From positions 2,747 to 66,746 of the IMG/VR virus record IMGVR_UViG_3300031857_000135: DNA of 64,000 nt; one strand, given 5' to 3'. The notes beneath the pieces were generated by a model. It was not told the origin of the DNA, ran no database searches, and saw nothing but the letters and a program-made list of their open reading frames with translations. Shown here piece after piece: positions 56,203 through 64,000 of the stretch (within the stretch, counting starts at the first letter, position 1; every line of letters starts with the position of its first letter). This stretch comes from a virus. The position numbers and the translations under genes are program-made.

Positions 56203-57092
56203 TCTGAAAGGTCGAACTGAAGAGTCTTCCCATCAGTGCTGAAGACGGTACCAACAACGTTCCACGCATCTTTAATGGCTTCCCAATATTTCATTACGAT
56301 TTCGCTAATGAATACATCGAGTTGGCGGTTTTCTTCTTGCTCGGGCGTGAGCTTGTAGGTCTCGTCATAGAAAGTAAACGAATTGTAAGGAGATGCCTTG
56401 ACCTCCTCTAATCTAATTGATTGATCATCATCCTCGTCTTCCTCTCTCAACACAGTGAGTTCCTTTCCTTCATTGGTGACCCACGTATCGCAGTCCACAG
56501 AAAATCCCGGAGTTAGCATGATGGTAGACCAGGTGGGAAGGCAGAGGTCTCCATCATTGTAGCTCGGGATGTAGTTCCGCACGTAGACACGCCTTCCTGT
56601 CTTGAACAGGAACTCTGCAAGAAGTTTGATTAACGATTCTTCTTGAGCTTTGCGTGTAGTGTTCATCTCAGTATTGAGGGACTGAATATCGGAGATTATG
56701 TTCTCAATCTCCGCAGTCCCCTTGTCGGCACCATAGACACGGATGGAGGAGAGGGTCACGATATCGTACTGATCATGATTAACTATAATTTTCTTCGCGT
56801 CTACATCAATCGTAACCTCCCCTCTGCCGCCTTCGTTGTTCTCCCATCCCTCGAAGAACAGAGAGACGGCATTGCTCAGGACCGATGAGACCCAGTTGAT
56901 CAGAGCTGGATCCGAAATCACGCGATCTGACGGATTGAATGTCGGGTCTTCGTAGTCTCCCGAGTCCCCGCCACCATGGTACGTGGTGTGGACAGAGGTA
57001 ATACCGCGTTCCCGAAGAACAGGTAGCAGCTCAGCGAACTCGATCTTGAAGGCGTCTTCGTGTTTCTTCTTCCAATCTTCGTAAAACGACAT
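56184..57092 (-). CDS. Hypothetical acidic protein (DUF6878-like N-terminus)
   Basis: YHGGGDSG and GWENNEGGRGEV; AGGAGG RBS. Confidence 0.65.
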   Translation of the reverse strand: MSFYEDWKKKHEDAFKIEFAELLPVLRERGITSVHTTYHGGGDSGDYEDPTFNPSDRVISDPALINWVSSVLSNAVSLFFEGWENNEGGRGEVTIDVDAKKIIVNHDQYDIVTLSSIRVYGADKGTAEIENIISDIQSLNTEMNTTRKAQEESLIKLLAEFLFKTGRRVYVRNYIPSYNDGDLCLPTWSTIMLTPGFSVDCDTWVTNEGKELTVLREEDEDDDQSIRLEEVKASPYNSFTFYDETYKLTPEQEENRQLDVFISEIVMKYWEAIKDAWNVVGTVFSTDGKTLQFDLSECADGC

Positions 57093-57125
57093 GACTTGGC
57101 CCTCCTATAGTCAAGGCCACAATAC

Positions 57126-57152
57126 TTATTACTGCTTTTAGTGTAATTTAAA
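57126..57152 (-). promoter_or_regulatory. Putative phage promoter (TAAATT...GTAATAA)
   Basis: ATACTTATTAC matches ATACTTATGAC (5050-5060) at 10/11 positions; 40 nt upstream of ATG 57092. Confidence 0.5.
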
Positions 57153-57170
57153 AAAGGGCCCGAAGGCCCA
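57150..57170 (-). terminator. Terminator with cUUCGg loop
   Basis: GGGCC-TTCG-GGCCC-TTTTTT on the - strand. Confidence 0.85.
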
Positions 57171-57174
57171 GTTT

Positions 57175-57861
57175 CTACTCTTTGTTATCTAAGATCTTTC
57201 GATCTTCAATGAAGACATCCAAGGCATCTCGATGCCATGTGGAAATATCCTGTAAATCCTCGAGGGAGATGTTGGGCTCCATACCGAGATCTTTTGTATC
57301 CGTTTGCTTTCTTCCCTCCCAGGTCTTGCTTCCCGCGAAACACATCCCGAGCTCGTAGTATCCAAGCTCGATCCGCATGTCCTTGGGAATATCGTCACCC
57401 GTGAGGTAATTCGCAATCGCCTCAATGGGCGGAGACCATGCAGTATCGAATTCAATTTCGATGGTGGCGTCATCTTGATCCAGAACTTTTATGTCAGTCA
57501 CATCCCATTTTGTACCCCACCACTGTAGGGCCCAGTCGTACCAATTCGAGACCCCGTACTTTTCAACCAAGGCTTCGAATACCTTGGGGTCATACCAAGC
57601 GTTCCCGTCCTCATCCTCGAGCCACGCGCGAACTTGAATTAAATCCTCTTCGGGGTAATTCTCGTTGGGTATCTTCTTCGACCCGTCTTTCGGTAGCCAG
57701 TTAGCCCCACTCCGGGTCAAACGGATCTCCTTGGGCATTGGAAAGAAGAACTGTAGAAGCCCACCCTCGTCGTTCTCGTTGTTTACAAGCTTATCGATAC
57801 GCTCACGAAGTTCCTTCGGTGGATTCGTAATCTCGAGGTGATTTGTACACCAGTTTGGCAT
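57175..57861 (-). CDS. DUF1281/YubB ferredoxin-like domain protein
   Basis: MPNWCTN, WYDWALQWWGTKWD, FDTAWSPP, YYELGMCFAG. Confidence 0.75.
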   Translation of the reverse strand: MPNWCTNHLEITNPPKELRERIDKLVNNENDEGGLLQFFFPMPKEIRLTRSGANWLPKDGSKKIPNENYPEEDLIQVRAWLEDEDGNAWYDPKVFEALVEKYGVSNWYDWALQWWGTKWDVTDIKVLDQDDATIEIEFDTAWSPPIEAIANYLTGDDIPKDMRIELGYYELGMCFAGSKTWEGRKQTDTKDLGMEPNISLEDLQDISTWHRDALDVFIEDRKILDNKE

Positions 57862-57874
57862 CTGTAGCTCCAGG

Positions 57875-58453
57875 CTATCGTACAAGCTGTGCAAACGATG
57901 AGGACTTAGCGTGGTGCGTTACGGCGATTAGGAGCGACCTCTTAATCTGCTTTCGTTTTATCTTACCAATGGAGATCCCATTCTTTTCCAGCATCTCAAG
58001 GTGCAGCTCTACGCGATCCTCTACGATCGAAGGAAGAACTTCTGTTACCAGCCTTTCTTGAATCAAGGCGTCAATTCGATCCGTGTAAACTCCAATCACC
58101 CGAGGAATGGCAGATGCAACTACCTCCTTGGTAATGATTGACTCGATCACCTGTTCATAGGGAAGCTGCCCTTCCTCCACTAGTTCGTTGATCCGACTCT
58201 CAACGATAGATTGGATCCTTGAGGAAAGTTCCCCCCGTATAATGTCGGGAATAAATCCTGTGGCGGCTTCGGTCAGAATGAGAGACGCTAACTCGTTCTT
58301 GGGGTCACTGATTTTGGTTAGGAGTCTCTTTTGTCTCTTTAATACTCGTTGGTTAATCTGTTCCGTTAGCGTTTGATCTACGGCTGCTTCATAGACAAAA
58401 TCATCAAGCTTATCTTTTACATTCTTCAAATCCTCAGCTTTCTGACTCACCAC
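57875..58453 (-). CDS. Hypothetical helical protein
   Basis: Long ORF coupled to thyX; start uncertain (ORF track 58585). Confidence 0.55.
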   Translation of the reverse strand: MVSQKAEDLKNVKDKLDDFVYEAAVDQTLTEQINQRVLKRQKRLLTKISDPKNELASLILTEAATGFIPDIIRGELSSRIQSIVESRINELVEEGQLPYEQVIESIITKEVVASAIPRVIGVYTDRIDALIQERLVTEVLPSIVEDRVELHLEMLEKNGISIGKIKRKQIKRSLLIAVTHHAKSSSFAQLVR

Positions 58454-59270
58454 TAAGCTTACTAAGGAGTTCCTTGAGCTCTCTGGCGCTGATTCGCTCG
58501 GGGTTGGCTTCTTCGATCGCTTTCGTGAGCTTGGATTGGTCGAGGGCGGCACGGATAATCTCCATTTCGGCAGCAGAGAACGCACAGGAATTTACTCGGT
58601 AATCCATCCAGGCTTCGTAAGTGACTGGAAGCCAATCTTGGAAAATCTGCTCGAGTGCATATGCATATTGACGTGTCTCCCACTGCGCGTGTTTGCTTCG
58701 GCGCAGAAGCATCATGTGCATCAAATTGTGGGCATTGATCGTCGTCTGCCATTCTGTGTAGGCATTGACTGGTAGAGACAGCCGAGCCGTCTCTCTCGCG
58801 ATACCCCTAAAGGTCATCTTTTCGTACAGCTCAAATGCCGTTTGTGAGGAAGACCACAGCTCTTCCCGGAAGTTGTGTGCGAGATCTTCCGGGACAGGAG
58901 TAGAGCGCCCCTGCTTATTGCTCGAGCTTTGATGACATACCTGCTCGACCTCCGGAATGTAGAATTCCGTGGGTAGGGTGGTGTACCGTGCGCTGATCTC
59001 GTTCAAGGCCTGGGTGCGGTGGCGCACCAGTTGCCTTGCCACAAAGATCGGCATCTTCATGTTGACGGAGATAACTGCCTGCTCGAAAGGCGAAGTATGG
59101 AGATGCCGCATCAGATAGCGAAGCAGATTTCGAGTCTCCGTGATTGGGCGTTGTCCCTTGTAGGACAGCCGAGCTGCCTCCTCGATTGATGCATCGCTGC
59201 CCAGTCTGTCGACCACGAAGACGTGTCCGTGATCCAGAAGGCGAATCTTGTTATCTCGATCAAATTTCAC
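58434..59270 (-). CDS. thyX: Flavin-dependent thymidylate synthase
   Basis: HTSPFE, RQLVRHRT...NEISARY, ARETAR, HAQWETR; GTG 59270 with GGAGGA RBS. Confidence 0.92.
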   Translation of the reverse strand: MKFDRDNKIRLLDHGHVFVVDRLGSDASIEEAARLSYKGQRPITETRNLLRYLMRHLHTSPFEQAVISVNMKMPIFVARQLVRHRTQALNEISARYTTLPTEFYIPEVEQVCHQSSSNKQGRSTPVPEDLAHNFREELWSSSQTAFELYEKMTFRGIARETARLSLPVNAYTEWQTTINAHNLMHMMLLRRSKHAQWETRQYAYALEQIFQDWLPVTYEAWMDYRVNSCAFSAAEMEIIRAALDQSKLTKAIEEANPERISARELKELLSKLSGESES

Positions 59271-59512
59271 GCTTCCTCCACAACGATAGAGATTTTGACC
59301 TGCCGCTCCCATTCGTGGTAGCACTCATCATTACTACAGCAGAAGTACACTTCCGAGATGCCCGGTATCTTCGGGTAGTCTAGGTGATGTGTAGTGCTAA
59401 AGTCCTTAATCTCTGTCCCTCCACATTTGGGACAGGTATCCTCCACTGTGAACGGCAGGTTTAGTCGCTTTGCTTCTGTAGCTACGGGCTTCTTTTTCAG
59501 GATGATATTCAT
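59267..59512 (-). CDS. Small Zn-ribbon protein
   Basis: CPKCG...CSNDEC; ATGA coupling. Confidence 0.6.
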   Translation of the reverse strand: MNIILKKKPVATEAKRLNLPFTVEDTCPKCGGTEIKDFSTTHHLDYPKIPGISEVYFCCSNDECYHEWERQVKISIVVEEA

Positions 59513-60744
59513 CCAACCCTCCTCACTTGTTTTGTTTCCAGGTCGACAGCGATAGCCTCTCCGTATTTCGGTTTGTAACGTCTGATATTCATATATGTGG
59601 AGGAGAGCACCCACAGAACATCAAGAACGTGTTCCGGCATTTGATGCGGTATTGTGATATCGCCATCTGTCATGGCAATAACGTAGACATCCTCTCCCTC
59701 CTCACTTAATCGTGAGAACGCTGGGCTAAAGTCTGATCCTCCGTATCCTCTTATCTTAACTAATTCTGTATCTGCGGTAATGATCTCATCGGCGTGAATT
59801 GTGGTATCGCACTGAATGAACCGGATCGAGTGCCTCATCTCCAGAGCTAACTGCCGTAGTTCGACAAAGATGAAATCATGGGTTCCATCCATGGAACCGC
59901 TCGTATCCCACAGGACTGTAAGGACTGCACGAGCGGACTTGCGCTCCCGGGGTAGAAACTCTCCAACAGCTTCACTACGGCGAGATGGTCGTGCATAGCT
60001 CCACTCCGATCCCCCGAGTATCGGACCCACATAGGAGCGTAGGAACTGACCCCAAGTGATAACTGGAGTCAGTAGTTCTTTGACCATCTTTTCAATTCGA
60101 CCTACCGAGTCCCCCCGCTGTCTCGCCACAAGGACTGCTTCCGAGAGGTACTGTTTGTATCTCTCTTCACAGAGTCGGGCATCTGTGCCCGAAAGCTCCT
60201 CGGGCTCTATGTCTCCAGAAAATTGATCGTAGTCTCCCAGAACCTCTCCGTCGGATGTCCAACAAGGGATCTTGAAGGGCTCCCCGTTTTCGTCAGCTTC
60301 AGCCTTACCCTCGGCGAGGATACTGTACACGCTTTCCGCAGTCAGCGAGGCCCATGGCTCGTGGTAACACATACCTTCAACCAACTGTATAACCGGCTTA
60401 TCTTTCCATGTTTTTGTACTTAATTCTGCAATGAAGCCGTTCACAATGTAGTCATGTGCAATATTGAACGCCTTCTCATCCTTACCTGTAGCTCGAGCAT
60501 GAAACCCGAGAAGAGGGTGCAGAATTTCGTGCAGCAAGATCGCAGTGAACTGCGGTTGCGTGAGCGCGCGGGCAAACTCAACACCGAATGTGATTTTTAG
60601 TGATGAGTTAACTCGTGCAGTAATGGACTCCTCAACGAACTGAACGTCCGCTTTGTAGAGCAAATGGGAGTAGAAGGGGGAGACCACGCCCAGTATCACC
60701 AGCGAGGTCTCCCATTTTTTCTGAAGATCTTCGACTGCGCTCAC
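59509..60744 (-). CDS. HExxH metallopeptidase-vWA protein (DUF2201-like)
   Basis: LLHEILH, NIAHDYIVN, WDTSGSM, GGSDF, MTDG. Confidence 0.8.
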   Translation of the reverse strand: MSAVEDLQKKWETSLVILGVVSPFYSHLLYKADVQFVEESITARVNSSLKITFGVEFARALTQPQFTAILLHEILHPLLGFHARATGKDEKAFNIAHDYIVNGFIAELSTKTWKDKPVIQLVEGMCYHEPWASLTAESVYSILAEGKAEADENGEPFKIPCWTSDGEVLGDYDQFSGDIEPEELSGTDARLCEERYKQYLSEAVLVARQRGDSVGRIEKMVKELLTPVITWGQFLRSYVGPILGGSEWSYARPSRRSEAVGEFLPRERKSARAVLTVLWDTSGSMDGTHDFIFVELRQLALEMRHSIRFIQCDTTIHADEIITADTELVKIRGYGGSDFSPAFSRLSEEGEDVYVIAMTDGDITIPHQMPEHVLDVLWVLSSTYMNIRRYKPKYGEAIAVDLETKQVRRVG

Positions 60745-61850
60745 GAGTTCATCACGTCAGACAGTTGTCTTACGACAGTCATTGTCTGTGGATTCATCTT
60801 TGCCATCTTTGCTACCACTCTAGCGAAGTCTCTCCGCAGCTCAAGCCCGCCCAGTGACTCAACTAGAAAGAAGCTGAAGGAGAAGATATCCCGCTTATTC
60901 TGAGTGAGGTGCAACAGCGCCGCCACCAGATTGCTTAAGTTGTAAAACCCTCCCTCCGCTCTGTTAGTGACGACTGCACTCACGATCGAGTAGCAAAACG
61001 CTACTAGAAGTGAGCGCTCTACCTGTTCCGGGTTTGGAATCGCTGCTTGTGGATCCCGCAGAATATCTGCAGGAGGAATTATGTCTTTCTGTAGACGCAG
61101 GAAGGCTAGGAACTCGGAACCGACTCCCGTGCCAACCAGCCCAACGACCGTTTCATGAAGGATGGTCTCATCCTGCAGAGGCATGATGATGGGAAGAAGC
61201 TGACCCAGCATGGCCCAGGTCCGAGGTGTGGCGAAGCTGCCGAGCTCATCAGCATCAGAGGGCAGCGTGCTGAAGTGCTTTGGAGCGAAGACCAGGAACG
61301 CCAAGACGAGCAAGTTCACTCGAGGAGCCTGTGCGCGATACCAGGCAGACCAGCTATCGAAGTCGGGCTCCATGACAATCTGGAGGACCGAGTTCCGAAA
61401 GTGGGACGGAAGCATGGAGGCCTTGGCACGATCGGTTGCGCGGTTGCCTGTCACGATGATCGTGACCTTGGGTCCGAGTACATGATTGTGGATCCTCCTG
61501 TCCAGCGCCAGCTGTCGAGTCGCGACCTGAATCGTGGATGACGCAGCGGCAAGATCATCCAGGACCAGGATGGCGTTCGCCTCCGGGTTGCACAGCTTGT
61601 GCAGCCATTCGTCGGGGATGAACTTCATCACATCCCCATCAGTCTTCGGAAGACCATTCAGGTCCTCTGGAAGGCAATTCGAGAGGTCTACAACGACTAC
61701 CTCGATTTGCTCACCGGCATTCCTTAGTGCAACTTCCTTGGCTACGGACGACTTTCCGATTCCCGGTGGGCCCAGCAGAAAGATCGTCTGCTTAACGCTC
61801 TGTGACTTGTGAACGCATTCTACCAAAGAGACTGCTTGGCCAAACCGCAT
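60741..61850 (-). CDS. MoxR-like AAA+ ATPase
   Basis: GPPGIGKS, LVLDDL, TGNR..D, FATPRTW. Confidence 0.85.
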   Translation of the reverse strand: MRFGQAVSLVECVHKSQSVKQTIFLLGPPGIGKSSVAKEVALRNAGEQIEVVVVDLSNCLPEDLNGLPKTDGDVMKFIPDEWLHKLCNPEANAILVLDDLAAASSTIQVATRQLALDRRIHNHVLGPKVTIIVTGNRATDRAKASMLPSHFRNSVLQIVMEPDFDSWSAWYRAQAPRVNLLVLAFLVFAPKHFSTLPSDADELGSFATPRTWAMLGQLLPIIMPLQDETILHETVVGLVGTGVGSEFLAFLRLQKDIIPPADILRDPQAAIPNPEQVERSLLVAFCYSIVSAVVTNRAEGGFYNLSNLVAALLHLTQNKRDIFSFSFFLVESLGGLELRRDFARVVAKMAKMNPQTMTVVRQLSDVMNS

Positions 61851-61860
61851 GTATCACCCC

Positions 61861-62199
61861 TTAAATGGCGAAGTCAAAGTTCTCAGCTATCAATTCAATT
61901 TCAGTTAATCCATGATTCAGCTTCACGGGCATTCCATTGGGATGTCGCTTCTCGCACAGACCGCCATGCTTTCGGATGATGGAAAAGACTGCGACTACTG
62001 AGACATCGTGAAAGAGCTCAGGCGAGTTTTTGTGCGACTTGCATGACAGCTCCTTTAGATCTGTCTTTATTTCTTTGGCGGGAAACCAAATCTCACAGGA
62101 GGTCCTATTAGTTGTGAATAGGATAATCCTCTGTCCATCATTCAGCTGAATGATGAAAGGTAAGTTGGTTTTTGTGGTTAATCTAGAGAGTGCTGCCAC
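61861..62199 (-). CDS. Hypothetical protein
   Basis: GTG start with AGGAG RBS. Confidence 0.55.
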   Translation of the reverse strand: MAALSRLTTKTNLPFIIQLNDGQRIILFTTNRTSCEIWFPAKEIKTDLKELSCKSHKNSPELFHDVSVVAVFSIIRKHGGLCEKRHPNGMPVKLNHGLTEIELIAENFDFAI

Positions 62200-62207
62200 C
62201 AGTACTC

Positions 62208-62969
62208 CTACGCGAAGAACAACTTAGGGAGGACTTTACAGCTCATGATGGCTTCCTTCGCACTACCCTCGACCTGCTTCACAGCATCGGGAATTGTATG
62301 TATCTGAGGATTCGGTGCTGACGTAAACTTTATGTCCCGGCTCTTCTCCCAGGTGTGTCTTTGGATGACGGTTTGCGCAAGATGATGTCTGAAGTATTCG
62401 AAGAATAGTAAAGCGGATAACCCTGGGATGGCATTATCGAGCTGCGTTGCGCAGTGATTATTCGCGCCTTTGCGTAGGAATGCCAGAGTCAGAACTGCCA
62501 GCTCTTCGTGGCTTAGGATCATTGGCGTGGATCCTTCGCTTTTGAAGTTGAACATTTTCTGTAGTAAGGTGCGTACTCGAGAATCGTCAGCATCATGGTT
62601 TTCGCCGTACCATCTCAGATCAAAATGTCCCCCCACCTCCAGTAGGGATTGAGAAGCTACCGCAGCTCTAGAAGCAGAGTTCTTCAGCTTAGAGTGATTT
62701 TGAAGTCTCCAGCTCTTAGAAATGTTGAATTTGAGATTTATATCGTTCGTGCCGTATCGTTCGTACCAACACGAGTAGCCTGCAGATATCACCACAATGG
62801 GTCGGCGGTTGTCAGAAGGAACGAAGCTACCGTAGGGATCTACTTTAATGCAGGTATACTTATCGCGGAAAAAAGGGTCTTTCTGCCCATCTTCCTGCAA
62901 TCGAAGCATAAAGTCTGAAGGAATAGAGATCACGTCAACCAACTGAGTCCGAAGTTCAGATCTTTCCAC
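62208..62969 (-). CDS. Hypothetical protein
   Basis: 253-aa ORF in the - strand operon. Confidence 0.6.
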   Translation of the reverse strand: MERSELRTQLVDVISIPSDFMLRLQEDGQKDPFFRDKYTCIKVDPYGSFVPSDNRRPIVVISAGYSCWYERYGTNDINLKFNISKSWRLQNHSKLKNSASRAAVASQSLLEVGGHFDLRWYGENHDADDSRVRTLLQKMFNFKSEGSTPMILSHEELAVLTLAFLRKGANNHCATQLDNAIPGLSALLFFEYFRHHLAQTVIQRHTWEKSRDIKFTSAPNPQIHTIPDAVKQVEGSAKEAIMSCKVLPKLFFA

Positions 62970-63489
62970 GGCTTTCCCCTATTTCCACGATTTCCACGAG
63001 TTCTCGCATCAAATCGACCTCAACGCGTGCGAGGTCTTCATCAATCACATCGCCTGTTTCGTGCTTCTTGACCAATTTCGACGAGAATGCTGTAGAGTTC
63101 CCTACAGTCTGTTTTAGGGCTTCTCGCAAGTTGTACCGCGTCATCAAGACGAGATGAAGCCACCTTTGGGCGTATTCAGTGGCTTGGCGCCTCAGTCCTA
63201 AAATACCTTGGAAAGAGAACCCCGAACTACTGTTTCCCGTGACGGGAGTGTTCAGTAGCTTCGCTACCAAGTCGTCTTCCATGACAATCGACTGCCCTAC
63301 AGGGCAGAGCATAATTGTCCCGTTTTCTCTCTTTACTAACTTGTATACCTTGCCGGTCTCGAGAAGACCGTCGTAGTCAGCTCCGATAATTCTATTTGGA
63401 CCTATTAAGTGAATCTTACCCGTAAATGGGTTATCAAAGCCTGTTCCAGGTGCTACGTAGATTCGAGAACCGAGTTCAATCTTCATCAT
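62956..63489 (-). CDS. Hypothetical protein
   Basis: 177-aa ORF; GAGG RBS. Confidence 0.6.
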   Translation of the reverse strand: MMKIELGSRIYVAPGTGFDNPFTGKIHLIGPNRIIGADYDGLLETGKVYKLVKRENGTIMLCPVGQSIVMEDDLVAKLLNTPVTGNSSSGFSFQGILGLRRQATEYAQRWLHLVLMTRYNLREALKQTVGNSTAFSSKLVKKHETGDVIDEDLARVEVDLMRELVEIVEIGESRGKI

Positions 63490-63616
63490 CTACCTCAATT
63501 GTGCCCATTCCCTTACAGGTGGGGCAATCTTCAGGAGGTGCAGTTTTGCTGCCGGGCATTGGCGTTTGAATGCCTCTGCCCCAACAGCTCGGACAACGTA
63601 TAGTTTTTAGACGCAA
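63476..63616 (-). CDS. 46-aa DnaJ-type Zn-finger miniprotein (not in the ORF track)
   Basis: Own translation: (M)RLKTIRCPSCWGRG...DCPTCKGMGTIEVDDED; TTG start. Confidence 0.65.
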   Translation of the reverse strand: MRLKTIRCPSCWGRGIQTPMPGSKTAPPEDCPTCKGMGTIEVDDED

Positions 63617-63618
63617 GA

Positions 63619-63661
63619 AACCCCCACAGGGCAGTTATTGCTGCCCTGTGGGGGTTATGGC
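63619..63661 (-). promoter_or_regulatory. GCCATAA motif followed by a long hairpin (terminator and/or 5' leader)
   Basis: CCCCCACAGGGCAG-TTATTG-CTGCCCTGTGGGGG; motif 45 nt upstream of TTG 63616. Confidence 0.55.
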
Positions 63662-63666
63662 AGAAA

Positions 63667-63984
63667 CTACCAGGTCTTTGAGGTTAGCCAGTTGCCCAAG
63701 CGCTCAATCCCATGAGGCTCAAGCGTCTTGTTGATCGCAGCAAGAAACAGCCCTTCGAAATCCGGCGGCAACGTCAGAGTCACCACAGGCCCCACGTGGG
63801 TGTAGAGGAACGGCTCGATCTCCACAACTGCGCTCGAATCAGAACGGAACTGCGGGCGGAGCCGGGTCACGCGACATCCAGAAGAGCCGATCGCCTCGAC
63901 TCGCGCGACGTGCATGCTTCCATCCATCCCAGCCACACCAACAAAGCTACCCTGCGACACACGATTACCGACTAGATCCTTCAC
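63667..63984 (-). CDS. Hypothetical protein
   Basis: 105-aa ORF, GTG start. Confidence 0.55.
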   Translation of the reverse strand: MKDLVGNRVSQGSFVGVAGMDGSMHVARVEAIGSSGCRVTRLRPQFRSDSSAVVEIEPFLYTHVGPVVTLTLPPDFEGLFLAAINKTLEPHGIERLGNWLTSKTW

Positions 63985-64000
63985 GAGGTCATCCTTGGGT

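Larger units (their letters stand above)
1..64000. other. Segment of a large myovirus-like bacteriophage genome
   Basis: Portal, terminase, prohead protease, capsid, sheath and tube genes in order; dense hypothetical ORFs; ThyX and HNH present; no cellular housekeeping context around the RNAP gene. Confidence 0.95.

Noticed and set aside
1-64000. Stop-codon reassignment
   Set aside because: Standard code gives long, tightly coupled ORFs, and TAA, TAG and TGA all end well-supported genes
1-64000. tRNA/rRNA genes, integrase or transposase
   Set aside because: No cloverleaf with T-loop consensus or recombinase motifs noticed in the short intergenic regions or ORFs; tRNAscan was not run

Overview
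The window reads as part of a large tailed phage genome with a contractile tail (myovirus type). It has no rRNA, tRNA, CRISPR array or ribosomal-protein genes. Bases ~1-42.5 kb are a mostly + strand morphogenesis cluster: portal, baseplate-spike-like protein, terminase large subunit, prohead protease, scaffold-like proteins, major capsid, neck proteins, tail sheath and tube. This cluster also holds a single ~2100-aa fused beta/beta' RNA polymerase. Bases ~42.5-64 kb are mostly - strand non-structural genes: two MoxR-type AAA+/vWA-HExxH pairs, ParB, a type II topoisomerase B subunit with an adjacent HNH endonuclease, ThyX and many small hypotheticals. Four things stand out. (1) A K-x-A(S/G/A) motif is dense in about 20 head-associated proteins and separates conserved leaders from variable, often AT-richer, glycine-zipper 'cargo' segments. 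(2) Two short leader families (MxKxAAYxxLxxxHPLW and FFxDELxKxA) are shared by otherwise unrelated small proteins and resemble capsid-targeting signals. (3) The fused RNAP is streamlined and predicted rifampicin-insensitive. (4) A recurrent bipartite promoter-like motif (A-rich, ~12-15 nt spacer, GYMATAA, usually followed by a hairpin) precedes the non-structural transcription units. All functional calls come from motif recognition by eye; no database search was run.
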